Below, piece after piece: positions 1-12,106 of a stretch of 64,000 nucleotides of DNA. The notes below the pieces were generated by a model that saw only the letters and a list, made by a program, of their open reading frames with translations, had not been told where the DNA came from and searched no databases. How positions within the stretch are numbered: the first letter of the stretch is position 1; each line of letters begins with the position of its first letter. Location of the stretch: assembly GCA_051362555.1 (NCBI GenBank), contig CM120644.1, positions 7,634,954 through 7,698,953 of the forward strand. The letters are read 5' to 3'. The DNA comes from Lingula anatina (lineage: Eukaryota > Animalia > Brachiopoda). The translations under genes were made by a program, and so were the position numbers.

Positions 1-479
1 TAATCGCCGCTGTTTTGGAAGTTCACGCTGCGCTTATCGCTTTTTTTAGTAATAGAAAAATTACCGAGAAGGGCAGAAATGTGAATTTTACGCCTCTAAT
101 CTAGAACTATAGGCCTATGTCAAGGCAATTCGTGTTAGTTTTTTTAAATGATGTTTGACCGGGAAACTATGCAACACATGAAAGCGGCCAGCGTGGGACT
201 CTTTTTACACAACACAGAAAAGTGGGCAACTAAATAGATTTTTAAAAGATGTCTTCACAAATTTTAATTTTGGACAAGCATCTCTATTAGACATTTTATT
301 ATTATCCAGTGATCTTGCAGAATAAAGAAAGAGGACGCTCAGTCTCTCATGAAATCGCTTAGGGATTCGTTTGATTGTGTGTGTGCGCGTGTGTGTGTGT
401 GTGGGGGGGGGGGGGGACGCCTCATACATAAAGCGCTACGTATTCACCGTGTGATTTTTCTCATTTTTGTCTTTGCACC

Positions 480-751
480 AGGAAGTGCGACGTTGAGAGG
501 GTAGACCTACAGCATTCACCCGACTTGAACCCCCCTCCAGATTTTTATCTATGGGGTGTCTCAGGGATGTGTACCAGTACAACTCTCAAACTATTGATCG
601 GCTGAAGGCAGCAATCAAAGCAAAGATCAGGGAAATCCCCAAACACGAATGTGTTCGAGTAATTTTACGCGACGTATGCAAGTGTGCCTTCAACGCCACG
701 GAGACCATTTAGAGCAAATTTTGGAAATAACATAACTTTTATGCAAAGCGA

Positions 752-796
<45 letters not shown>

Positions 797-887
797 GTTG
801 AGGAAATATCGTACACAGACTGAAGTTAAAGACCTTTGTAGGATTTAATAAACTTTCATGGGTTCTGTAATTTTTTGGGTCACCCTG
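480..887 (+). mobile_element. Degenerate 3' fragment of a Tc1/mariner-superfamily transposon (transposase C-terminus plus right TIR)
   Basis: Frameshifted translation gives HSPDLNPP / DFYLWG / QTIDRLKAAIKAKIREIP / FTRRMQVCLQRHGDHLEQIL, matching the C-terminal SPDL-P-DF-LWG region of these transposases. It ends in CACCCTG followed by TA (reverse complement TACAGGGTG). Confidence 0.7.
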
Positions 888-3518
888 TATATGTGCATAA
901 CACGGCCTCTACAGTAAACAAAATGGTGAGATCAATTTATAACATAATAATTGGACATGCGGTATTGGGGAAAATGGCTTGATGTGATTTTTCAGAGTAA
1001 TGGGCAGATTACATCAACCAAATGATCAGGTTAGGACAATACTGCGATAAAAAAAATTAATTACTTGCCAAATGCGTTTGTATAATAATGTCAAAATGTA
1101 TATAATTTGTCCATTTGCTAATGGCCAGATATGAAACGATCCTTTCCTGTGCATTAGTCCCCATAAATATAACATCAGCGTTCATTTTCGTTTCAGTTTT
1201 TAAAAGCACTAATCATAGTATGGGCTTGAGTCCGTCAGTAGTCTTTGTCTAGTATAAAGATGAATAATTAAATAGCCTTTTTATCCTATTAAGTAGCATG
1301 TAGTTAGCAAATTGACATTTTAATATGATTACTGCCGGACTGATGGTAATTGTTCGGTGCGTTGATAGATGGCGTTCGTATGGACGCAAGTGTACTTGTA
1401 CCGTCCTGCGTGTCTGGGTGGGACCTTACGAATGTTCAACCCTCTAAAAGCGGCAGATAACAGCAATTGCTAGCTAGAAGACTGTCCGTGGTATTTAGGG
1501 TAGTGTGCTAACAAATTGTTGTAAGTGAAAAATTGTGTTTTCCTACGCAATTACCTACGCTAATTTTAACAGGTTGTGGAATAGCAGCAGTGGCAATAAG
1601 GCAAGGTTTGACGACAGATTACACGCTCGAGGTGTGGCGGGTTTAAAATGAAGTGTTAGTCACGTGAGAGTAATCTAAGTAAATAGACGTGGGTTTAAAG
1701 TGGACTTCGGATAAACTGGTTCTTAAAAAAGTAGTCCTGTGTTCTAAGAGAAATAGTGACAGATTTTTAAACATGTGGCATTAATGATATCTGTTTCTCA
1801 TCATTTCATAAACAGATTTTAGAGCGGGAAGTTTTTTCTATCTAAAGTGTACAACCATATCAAACTGCTACTTTTTGAAAAGTATGAAAATACTTAAGAG
1901 TATTTAAATGCTTAAAAAAATTAAACATTTGGATATACATCCACGTTCCTCCATCCTATTTGACGTCTTTGACATCTTTACGTCTTTGCACAAATATTTG
2001 GATCCTTTACATCTTGAGCAGCATTTACTGAGTCTATGTAGATAACATGAAAACATCTTCAACTTTTCAGTAATATTGTTTTCTTTAAATGATGAAAAGC
2101 ACATTTTTCAGTCAATAGCTTCATTTGTGGAGGTAGCTAGGTCGTCTTTCCTTTCGCAAACAAAGTGTGTGTTGCCTGTTTGAAAAATCACTTCCTCTAA
2201 GATCCATTATTTACAGTTATTCCCGTATTTAAGTGCGCTTAAAAGCGTTTTAGCTAAATTTTGTGTAACATTTTTTTGTCAAAAACGACAGACTTTATAA
2301 AATGAATAATTCAGTGTTGTCGCTTAATGGTCCCGAGATTAAGTTAGTGCAACCGTTAACGTAGGCTTAAATAATCTCCGGATACAAAAGCATCTGTCTA
2401 CTGATTAAAAAATAATCACCAACTTCAGATGGGCAGTCCCAAAATAAACTGGTTCCCCAATTTTTCATTTCCTACTGGTGATTCTTGGCACCAAGGCCAG
2501 CAACATCAGAGTAGTCAGGATCCGTGTCTTCATATTTCTATACAGAGCCTGGGGATATGGGGGATGGGAGTGGTGGTGGTGGTTTTTGTGTCCCTACTGC
2601 CATGGCCGTTAAATGACGCACCCCGCACTTATCTGACGCTTAATCTGAGCCAGTTGGCTTTTAGTAACTCACAGAAGCCAAACACGTTAAAAGGGAAAGG
2701 TGTTCAGAAAAATAAAATCACATTTGTCGGTGTTTATTATAGTGGATGTAGAGGTTATTACTATGAATTGCTTTAGAGCAGGGCGTAATGGTGCAATATA
2801 ATGTATTGATTGTCGGCTTATGGACATAGACACAATAAAATAATCTCGGTATTGCAGTCTATTCAGGTTTTAACTCCAAACTAACAAGTTAATGTACCAC
2901 CATGTTCGAGGATTTATGGTCATTATAGTGAGCTTTTTACCCGTTTTTTACTTGCTTTGACGCTTAGTTCAAAATGAGCTTACACTTATTTCACGTCAGA
3001 CAAGTGCAGTTTCGTAGGCTGCTTCAACAGGCCAAAATATACACACTTTTCGTCACAGTATAGTTTTGACAAAAAATACCGACCCATAAAAATAAATAAA
3101 TAATGATAATAATGATAAAGAATGACTGCACCTAAGCACATTAAATCTGGGTTGTAATATTGTCACCACAAACAGTATACATGTATTTCAGACTTGAATT
3201 GAACCATTGTCGCCTTCTGATAGTCATGCCTTTTGTAAAGGCTTGTAACACAAACATGGTCAATGTTGGAAAATAGTTGAATTCATCTTTTTTCAGAGCA
3301 TACCGATAGAGATAAAACATCCAGACAGCCTCGCTATATCGATTCAATTCCTTGGCTGCTCTTAGCAAACATCGCACTGAAGCAGAAGATGCTTTAATTG
3401 AATGATATCGGAGACAGAACCCCCCCCCCCCCCCGCAACCTCACCTAACTCACCCCGGTGTCTTTGCTGCCGAGAAAAAAAACTCTTCTCCGTCCATTCC
3501 ACATTACTAATTGCTAAA

Positions 3519-3668
3519 ACCAACAGTTGATTGACTCCATATGTCAATGACGACTAAAAACAACATTATCAAATGTGAAGATCAACAGTTGGTTGATTCC
3601 GTATGTCGATGGCGACTAAAAACAACATTGTCCAATTTGGAAATTAACAGTTGGCTGATCGGTATGTC
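3519..3668. repeat. Degenerate ~62-bp tandem repeat (~2.5 copies)
   Basis: Recurring CAACAGTTG(G/A)TTGA..ATGTC..GACTAAAAACAACATT unit. Confidence 0.65.
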
Positions 3669-3805
3669 TAAGGCCGTGACTATACATCAGTCTGAATCGA
3701 TTATGTATGCAAACGCGTTAGTTAGGCAATTTCTCTCGCGCGTTTTAAACGATGGCAGTGACGTTAACGGAAGTACTTCACGTTTTAATGATTGCAAAAC
3801 CAAGA

Positions 3806-3808
<3 letters not shown>

Positions 3809-3898
<90 letters not shown>
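3809..3898. repeat. Compound (TG)n(AG)n microsatellite
   Basis: Seen directly. Confidence 0.95.
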
Positions 3899-3902
<4 letters not shown>

Positions 3903-5509
3903 AGGAGGGGTGTTCACCATCGTATTTCCCAGAGGATCGCTGTGAAGTTAGGAGCGTTTTAATAGCTTTGTTCTAGAAGTAAGCACTAAAAAATTCATGG
4001 AACCTTTTAGAGCTTTAGAATTTGTAATGTTTCCATAAAAGGGTCAATCTATCCGCCGGCTGCCCTGGCCTCGGGGACATAAATAGATAGGACAAGGGTG
4101 ACTGGAGATGTAAAGTTCACTGACCGATATTTGACTAGAATTGAAAGAATCCGTCCTTCAAATTTTCATCTATATGTGTAGACAACCAGACATGTAATAC
4201 AGTGAGGTCTGACCACTAGAAATCTGGGCCTGTTCAGATCCAAGTTGATACTCGGAATAACTAATCCGCGGATCAAATATGACTGACGCACTCGAAAGCT
4301 TGCCATGCAATCCCCTAATGGGTCCCTCGCGGCGTTAAAGGATAAAGCAGTTAATCAACTTTAAGCTACAAGCATGCGTTTAAAAAAAAGATAACTCACG
4401 TAGCCTACTGCTGCATCGTGGGTATCACCACTCGTATGTTTTACACTGGATTCCTGGGTTTGAAAGCATAGACACCATTTCCAGAGATTAGATCGATCTA
4501 CTTTAGATTGACCTAACTCCCTGGGGGTTCACGCTAAATAGCTGTCAGCCGGGCGGACACGAAAGTTAATAACCCCCTTACTGCTTGTAGTAGGCGGGAC
4601 GGACATTTAAGCCGGATTATCTGACAGTAATCTACTGAGACTCCTCGCGGGGATAGATCGATCTAAAAGCTCTGGGAGTACAGCCATAGTTACACGCTCT
4701 GCCCATAGAAAGTTTAAACACATCAATTTCTCAACAGTTACAACGTAAATGAAAACTAGGTCTGAACATGTCCCCTCCTCTTGTGCAACATTCATTTATT
4801 ATTTTATTATAAATATTTTTGGCAATAATCTTACGCAAATTATCATTTCTATGCCATAATGGAGCGATTGATTCCATTGTATTTTACTAGTTGAAGGCAA
4901 TGTTTTGTTTAGTAATTTATAGAAATCTTGACAGCACTTCTCATTTGCAAAGAAAGTACATAAATATTTGGTAATTAAGGGAGTGATTCCTCAGAATCGG
5001 ATGTTTTAAAATTTATTCCAAGGGCACCCAAGTATTGCATAATAACCTTTATAACCACACTTTTATATTCTAGAGAGCAGGCCCGTATCGCCTAGTTATT
5101 TCTTCTTTTTCTTTTCCTAATCATTATTGCCTTAATTTTCTTTGGAATGACACAAGTTCCTATGAAGCAAAAATGACTGATATAAGAAGGTGCACGTTTA
5201 AATGCGTGGAGCTCTCGGCGGCGCCTGATACTTCAATACTAACAAGCAAACAAAGTGCGATTCAGAAATCTGTTTTATTTAGCTTAAAACCGTGAGAAAA
5301 TATCATGTCCCAGGTAAACACACAAGATTGCTCCGAGAATTCAAATAGTTAAAAAAACAACAACACAAGATGAATCTGTAAGATGACAGAATTACACTTA
5401 AATTTACCATTTACTAGCCATAATTATTCCTGTCAAAATGTTCATGAAACATCTCTTGCAATACACGCCAATTCTATTCTTTACGGATCCAATAAAGTTA
5501 ATTTTTTTG

Positions 5510-5746
5510 CCGGCGTGAAGGGAATGATGGTCCCAGAGACGGATATCTAGGGCCTCGCATGTTCAGTACAGGTTAGGGTTAGTCGGATGTATCGGGGCTA
5601 GTACACTCTGAAAACACTCCGGTTAAAAATAACTGAAAAAAAAAATGGTGGAAACCAACCGATTCAACCGTTCAATATGTGTCTAACTAATAGTCCGGTT
5701 GATGTAAAAAATTAATGATCGGTAGGTACACTGACTGACTGACTGA

Positions 5747-5778
<32 letters not shown>

Positions 5779-6067
5779 ACAAGATTCAACAAGTTTGTAG
5801 AATTACTTTATAGTCTTTCGATATTCTTGTTAAATGTCCTCAGTTCAGTGGTACAATAACCAATCCACACGGTAACCATGTTGACCAATCGACTGATTGA
5901 CCAATAACCGAATAAACTTGTTAGTAACTGATTTATAGTCAACCGATTTTATCGGAAGGGTCGGTAACCGATTCGTTTTTAGAATGTACAGTATATTGGA
6001 AGAATGTCACCGGTGCAAAGTAATGGGGACTAAAGTTTCTAGCTGACTACCGTTCTTGTCACACAGG
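5510..6067. mobile_element. CCGG-ended MITE copy (same family as 22170-22340), split by a nested insertion
   Basis: 5510-5603 and 5987-6067 align colinearly with 22170-22340 (shared GTACAGGTTAGGGTTAGTCGG, CAAAGTAATGGG, GACTACC..CTTGT.ACAC.GG). Confidence 0.7.
5604..5986. mobile_element. Nested MITE with CACT-type imperfect TIRs and TA flanks (CACTA/EnSpm-like non-autonomous element)
   Basis: Ends are TA|CACTCTGAAAAC ... GTTTTTAGAATG|TA. Internal AACCG/CGGTT motifs and (ACTG)n, (AAT)n repeats. Absent from the sister copy at 22170. Confidence 0.6.
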
Positions 6068-6390
6068 CTCTGGTTTCACAACGTTGGATGTTTTTGGTTG
6101 TCAAGGCTCACTGTGTTTATTCAGTTTTTGATTTGTAAGATGGTATATTGTAGTTTGACCTTCTTGACTGGCAGAGTGCTGCTTCAGAAACACGCCAATG
6201 AAAATTGTAGAAAGGAAATAAGACACAACTAGACAAACATGACATGATGAACAGTGATTCCTGTTTCTTGTTAAAACAGCATTTTCTGAATCGGATTGCT
6301 GTGAACTTAACACCATGGAAAAAGAATGGAAAAGTGTCATTTCTGGGCGGCAATTTCACAAAACAATCATCACCTAGCCACTGTGGATCT

Positions 6391-8282
6391 TCATGTGAAC
6401 AACCAGAAATCTCTCTCGCCATCCGTCACTTTGTCTGTATCGCTACTTTCATCCTGGCGGAAAAACCTGTCTAATTCAAGGAGCATGTTGCTGCCGCCAG
6501 GATTCATATGGTCCAGTATTCGCTTCAGTGTTTGACACTTCCTTGTATCCCTATAGACGTAGCAAGAGGAATTGGACCGACTGGGACTTTTACCACTTCG
6601 AACCGACCTCATGGGAATGTTGAACGGGTCGACCCGGACGTAAATTTTTTTGGTTGGACTTCTTCTTACCGGTTTCATTTTCCATACATCTGGCTCTATA
6701 GGCATAATGTCCCCCTTTTCAGCAAACTCATCTACTCTTTGATGCCTAGTAGGAGCTTTGTCGTCAATATGTGCATCATTCTGCACGTAGATGATCTCCA
6801 GATACGGTGCCACAGAACTTAACGAATCAGCCTCAGCAAGATTTCTTTCCAGGCGAGATGGTTTCATAGATCTACGTTTTCCTATTAGGTTATATGGATC
6901 CGTTCTAGTACGCTTTCTTATGTTAAATGGGTCCATGGAAAGGCGCTTTCCTAAGTTAAATGGGTCCATGGAAAGACGCTTTCCTAAGTTAAATGGGTCA
7001 GCAAGATTTCTTTCCAGGCGAGATGGTTTCATAGATCTACGTTTTCCTATTAGGTTATATGGATCCGTTCTAGTACGCTTTCTTATGTTAAATGGGTCCA
7101 CGGAAAGGCGCTTTCCTAAGTTAAATGGGTCCATGGAAAGACGCTTACCTAAGTTAAATGGGTCCATGGAAAGACGCTTTCCTAAGTTAAATGGGTCCAT
7201 GGAAAGGCGCTTTCCTAAGTTAAATGGGTCCATGGAAAGACGCTTTCCTAGGGTGGCATGGGTCGGAGCAATTTGTTGCCCAGGATAAAAGTCAGGGTTT
7301 TCAGCACTATAAGACCCAAGTGAACGGCGTTTTCTAAAGTTTTTGTGGCCATTTTGATGTCTTTTTCCGAGATTAAAAGGGTCCATGGACATCCGTTTCC
7401 CTGGGACAGTTGATTTTATGGTGAATTTTTTTCCAAGATTGAAAGGGTCCATAGAAAGGCGTTTTCCCATATTGAAGGGGTCCATGGAAAGGCGTTTTCC
7501 CATATTGAAGGGGTCCATAGAAAGGCGTTTTCCCAGATTGAATGGGTCCATAGAAAGGCGTTTTCCCAGATTGAAGGGGTCCATGGAAAGGCGTTTTCCC
7601 ATATTGAAGGGGTCCATGGAAAGGCGTTTTCCCAGATTGAAGGGGTCCATAGAAAGCCGTTTTCCCATATTGAATGGGTCCATAGAAAGGCGTTTTCCCA
7701 GATTGAAGGGGTCCATAGAAAGGCGTTTTCCCATATTGAAGGGGTCCATAGAAAGGCGTTTTCCCAGATTGAAGGGGTCCATAGAAAGCCGTTTTCCCAT
7801 ATTGAAGGGGTCCATAGAAAGCCGTTTTCCCAGATTGAAGGGGTCCATAGAAAGCCGTTTTCCCATATTGAAGGGGTCCATAGAAAGCCGTTTTCCCATA
7901 TTGAATGGGTCCATAGAAAGCCGTTTTCCCATATTGAAGGGGTCCATAGAAAGCCGTTTTCTCAGTGGTTCTTGTCCTGTCATTTCATGATAGTTTGACT
8001 TGTCTATAGATCCTTGTGCTTTGAAGGCGAACGTCTTTTTGGGGAGCAACGTGAAATCCGTTTGCCCATCTTTGCTTTCCAGGAGGGATACACCTTTCGT
8101 TGGGTTGACTTCATCCATCGGCGTATTTTCGCCCTTCAACCCAGGGTCATCTTCAACAGACTTTGTCCAATATCGACTTTCGTAAATATTCACTTTTTCT
8201 GTGTTTAAACCGTCATTGTGGCCACTAACAGTAGAGTAAGTAGGGTCCTGCAGCTCCTTCCCCAGGCCGAGGTGCGTCAGTC
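6391..8282 (-). CDS. Neuropeptide precursor, distal terminal exon (isoform A): multi-copy LSMDPFNL-amide / LSMDPFNM-amide peptides
   Basis: Long ORF of tandem LSMDPFN[L/M]-G-KR units (Gly amide donor plus dibasic cleavage site). Strong acceptor ttgtttttgttattttcag|GA at 8283/8282, phase 1. The first ~22 aa of the listed ORF are intron pyrimidine tract. Confidence 0.95.
7426..7953 (-). repeat. Coding minisatellite, 16 x 33 bp (9 LSMDPFNMG, 7 LSMDPFNLG units)
   Basis: Counted from the translation and cross-checked against the antisense ORF 7385-7990. Confidence 0.95.
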
Positions 8283-9093
8283 CTGAAAATAACAAAAACA
8301 ACAATAAATCATAACTCTGATGAGTGTGAAATCTAAGAACAACCAACACTAGTTACTATACATTTATGAAAAGAAGTTACATCAGGTTAGACTGGGATGT
8401 TTAATCGGTGCAGTATGATTAAGATGCTGGGGCATAACACGATAGAAGAAGTAAAGTTCCGTGTTTTAGCCAGGAGAGATAAACCCAGCACAAGACAAGT
8501 AAGATGATTCCGAGCAGTACAGATTGGTTGCCATTATTCAATCTTTGATGTCCATAGCAAAAGTAGCATTGGATCCTGGCAGGAAAAAAAATTCATCAGA
8601 AGAAGCCTGAGACAAGAAACCACGAGCTCTTATACTTCACTTTGCCGGTCAAGGCCCAAATGAAATTCCTGACACTGGTGAAGAAAACGACGTTGAACCA
8701 TTGATTTTACACCCCCCCTCCCCAAAAAAGTTTAGGAACGAATTTCAAAATGAGAGCGAGCCGCTCTTCGACTCTCACGCTGCACAGAACAATGCTTTCC
8801 AAAGGGTTACTGCATGCTGATTTTGAATTAGTATTTGCCTCTCAAAGTGTTATTGTTAGTCCCAGAGAGCGTTCAGAAATAAAGTGCTTGCGCATGTGCA
8901 GCAAGAACACTTTTTGGCAATGAAGTAAATTCTGAAGTGCTTACCATCTGGTTGTTTTTTGATGTGCTTTGTTTTGTGGTGGTGTTTTAAAAAAAGGATG
9001 TTGGTTACTTTTGGTTAATTTATGTGTTAAAAGGTAAAAACAACGGACTTTGAAATACCCCACAAGGCAAAATGATCGTTATATTGCAAAATA

Positions 9094-9145
<52 letters not shown>

Positions 9146-10763
9146 GTTTGTTTGGTCGACGAGTATATGTAACTGATTAAGTATTTATAATTTCGATTTT
9201 TATCAGTCTTGCAAACAAGTCACGTAGCTAGGAGCACGCTCGACTGTCACCTTAATCGGTAAATGGACCACAACGAATCCGAACCAGATTTTTGCATAAA
9301 AACACCTTTTTTTGTTTGTCTAACTCCATATCTATCACCATAATTAGTAATGTAAGCAATGGCCTATCCTACATTTATCGCTTGGATTTTATCACGGGGG
9401 CACAATAGAATAAGTATTGAGATTAAGCCAAAGACATATCTGAGAACGCATATTGAAAAAAAAAAACTTGTGGCAATGCAGATGGTATATAGGCCCTTTG
9501 TACACCCAGTATATGTACGGTGCAAAGGTCAAGGACAGTGAGAACATTAGCCCATACATGATTTTTTAAAGATAAGGGCCAAAAGCCGTCCTCAGTCAGA
9601 ATAGACAAATGCAAACTTTGCTTAATGCCATATGACCGAAATTGTTGACAGTAAAGATGCACATTATATATAAAGATACTGTCAGAAAATTTATAATTTG
9701 GTCAATGAGCACCACCGACCCTGTATATTTGAGGCATCAGATTTTTTTGTCCTTTATTTAACAAATAGGGAAATGCATTGGGTATTGGTTTGGTAAGTGG
9801 GCAATTTTATAATGAACAAAGCTGAACTTTTTTATGCCCTAAAATTGCCCAGGCTGTATTTTTGACACTTCCTTCACATCCTCAAAAACTTTACCGCGCA
9901 TCTGAAACCTGCAACCGGAACATTGCACATAATTGCGTATGTTTACCAACAGTATACATGTACATGTTGCTATGGCGCAACATGTAGAAGAAGTGAAATT
10001 TCACATGAGAAAGTCTACAGATAAGACAACATTTTACAGAAAGTCACGCCGACCATGCAGATAGGACAGTGGCCACTGAAGGGGACAATGAAGCGTGTAG
10101 AAACGTCTACAACCAATTTGAATCAGGAAAATGAAATGATAGTTATCAAGACTAAGATTAATGACATCCCGAGATCAAGAAATATTCCAGTTTTTGTGTG
10201 GGAGCCAGATAAGTATTATTTACATTCCGTTAAATTCCGAGCGTCAAAGTTTGGTTTAGAGAGTTAGTACACTCCTCTGCTCTGTTTATATGCAGGTAAT
10301 GTGTTCACGATTTCTTACACAAGTGAATGTTTAGATGTAATTAATTTATCATGTTCTGTTGAAAAATCCCCATTCACTACAAAATGCAAACAATTTTGTA
10401 ACCATAATGTACTGTCAAGTTAAGTTTTATTATCATTTAAAGTTTAAATATGGATATTCAAAAATTCCTGTCCAAATTTGTGTGTTTAAGTGTTGTTACC
10501 CTGGCAACAGAGAGGATAAAAAAAAAAAAGATGTCCATTATGTTGGTTTGGGGCTATAATGAACAAATCATCATTTTCATCAAAATCATGTGCCACCCTA
10601 TTCTGAACTTTACAGAGACTGGTACTTATTGCTTAGCCATCGAGTGGACAGCCGACAATTCACCCTTTCCAATAATTCGAAACACTTTAATTTTGCAAAT
10701 TTTTATTTTTATTGTTGTAAAAGGAGCACTTAAAAACAAAAACAAAAGAAGCAAGCATCTTAA

Positions 10764-11101
10764 AGGGATAATAACTCTTCGTATGAGATCTATATTTCAC
10801 AATGAAAACATTGTGAATAACTCACAGAAATATAATATATTCTGTTTTACCACAAAAACGGCAGTTATAGCTATTTTTTCTGATATCTGAGCTTGTCTTT
10901 AGACCACGTGACCTCCATTGATGGCTATACTCTGTTAAAATCTCTTAAGAGATTTTAACAAAAAAGCAAACTTTTTAGAAAAAAACCAGGGACTAACTTT
11001 GAATGTAAAAATGGATTCATTAACCATTGGTAAGTATGGGAAAATTGTTGTTTACTCCAGGAAAATTCATTTTTTGGCCGAAACGAAGAGTTATTATCCC
11101 T
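10764..11101. mobile_element. TTAA-flanked MITE (Kolobok-like), 338 bp
   Basis: Perfect 19-bp TIR AGGGATAATAACTCTTCGT / ACGAAGAGTTATTATCCCT, with TTAA on both sides (10760-10763, 11102-11105). Confidence 0.85.
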
Positions 11102-11507
11102 TTAAGTAAATTACAAGTATTCTACGAAAAAGATACATAAATAACGGCAAAAGTCCTGAAAGCCAACACAGTCAATGCACAATTCTTTCATTCTGCTTGT
11201 TGAAGTACACTTTTTTTGTTTCTAAAAAAAAAGAAATTAAAGGCCGGACATGTCATGCACTAACATATGTGTTTTAGACTGGTATGTTTAATTCATTTCT
11301 TCAGTAACATGAATATTGTCACACTGTGATACGCTATAACCAGTTAGTATGGTTTTGTAATAGAAACCACATGCTACAATGTATGTTAAGGCGAACCTCG
11401 GCGTTACAGATGGAATGATCGCATATTTTTGACATGTCAGCTTGGTAATCGCAAGCCTTTTCAGCTAGCGGCTCGAAATGGAGCTCACCAAGATGTTTTC
11501 TCGGCTG

Positions 11508-12106
11508 CTAGAGGTGCATATTGTATGGGTCAGCTACGTCGTGCCGTTTGCTACCAAATCCCCAATCTTTCGGGTACACAGCATAAAGGTGAAGACCATT
11601 CAGTTCAAATATAATGGGCTTTATTTTCTTTAACACACTAACTTTTGTTTGTTTTGCTTTTAAAGGCAAGTTCCAGGGATCAACAATTCTGATAAATAAC
11701 CCCGTGTTCCGAAGTTGCCTTTTATGGCGTTCGTTAAAAAAGGCAAAGCCGACCAACTTCATAAGTATAGGATATTCTTGACCATCATTAAGATTCAGAT
11801 ATTCTTGTTTCCAAAGAACATCCGGGTAATTTTGGTACCGGTGCACATCCGGGTATTCACGTGTCCCACAAAGAGAATAAGAGGTAGGCATGCACAAAAT
11901 TTGAGGCATTTTGAGCGTCAAGCGTTTGTGAGGGTCAAACTGCGGTTGCTGCTTGCTCTGATAAAAAATCTTGGCAACCAAAGGGTCGATGATTTTTAAT
12001 GGTCTTTGCTGGTGGCTGTCTCGAATCCAAAAGTTGCCTGGTTGATTTGGACTTGTTTTCACCATAGCAGGAAGCCATTCCTCTGGCGGCATACCACCGG
12101 CACACA
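11508..12106 (-). CDS. Neuropeptide precursor, proximal alternative terminal exon (isoform B) with DPWNL / DPYNM peptides
   Basis: ORF with KR sites, IRIVDPWNLPLK and terminal KR-HDVADPYNMHL*, resembling YVRVDPFNIPMR and DPYNL in the distal exon. Acceptor gtcatctttttgcatccag|TG at 12107/12106 is phase 1 and in frame with exon 1. Alternatively a stand-alone gene from the ATG at 12152. Confidence 0.75.

Noticed and set aside
3541-3976. Short ORFs with CVCV / SLSL / ERER runs here and elsewhere in the window
   Set aside because: Translations of microsatellites.
7426-7953. CRISPR-like appearance of the 33-bp repeats
   Set aside because: Head-to-tail repeats without unique spacers, in frame in a eukaryotic coding exon.
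6791-7990. Plus-strand repetitive ORFs (165 aa and 201 aa; GSIERRFP repeats)
   Set aside because: Antisense shadows of the peptide array; the minus strand has the G-KR processing logic and the splice acceptor.
8283-8349. N-terminus MLVVLRF..LLLFLLFS of the 652-aa ORF as a signal peptide
   Set aside because: Non-ATG start, and the hydrophobic residues come from the intron pyrimidine tract ending in ttttcag.
8420-8580. Hydrophobic stretch VLLGIILLVLCW as the missing signal-peptide exon
   Set aside because: No in-frame ATG and no good donor; the 21330-21390 exon fits much better.
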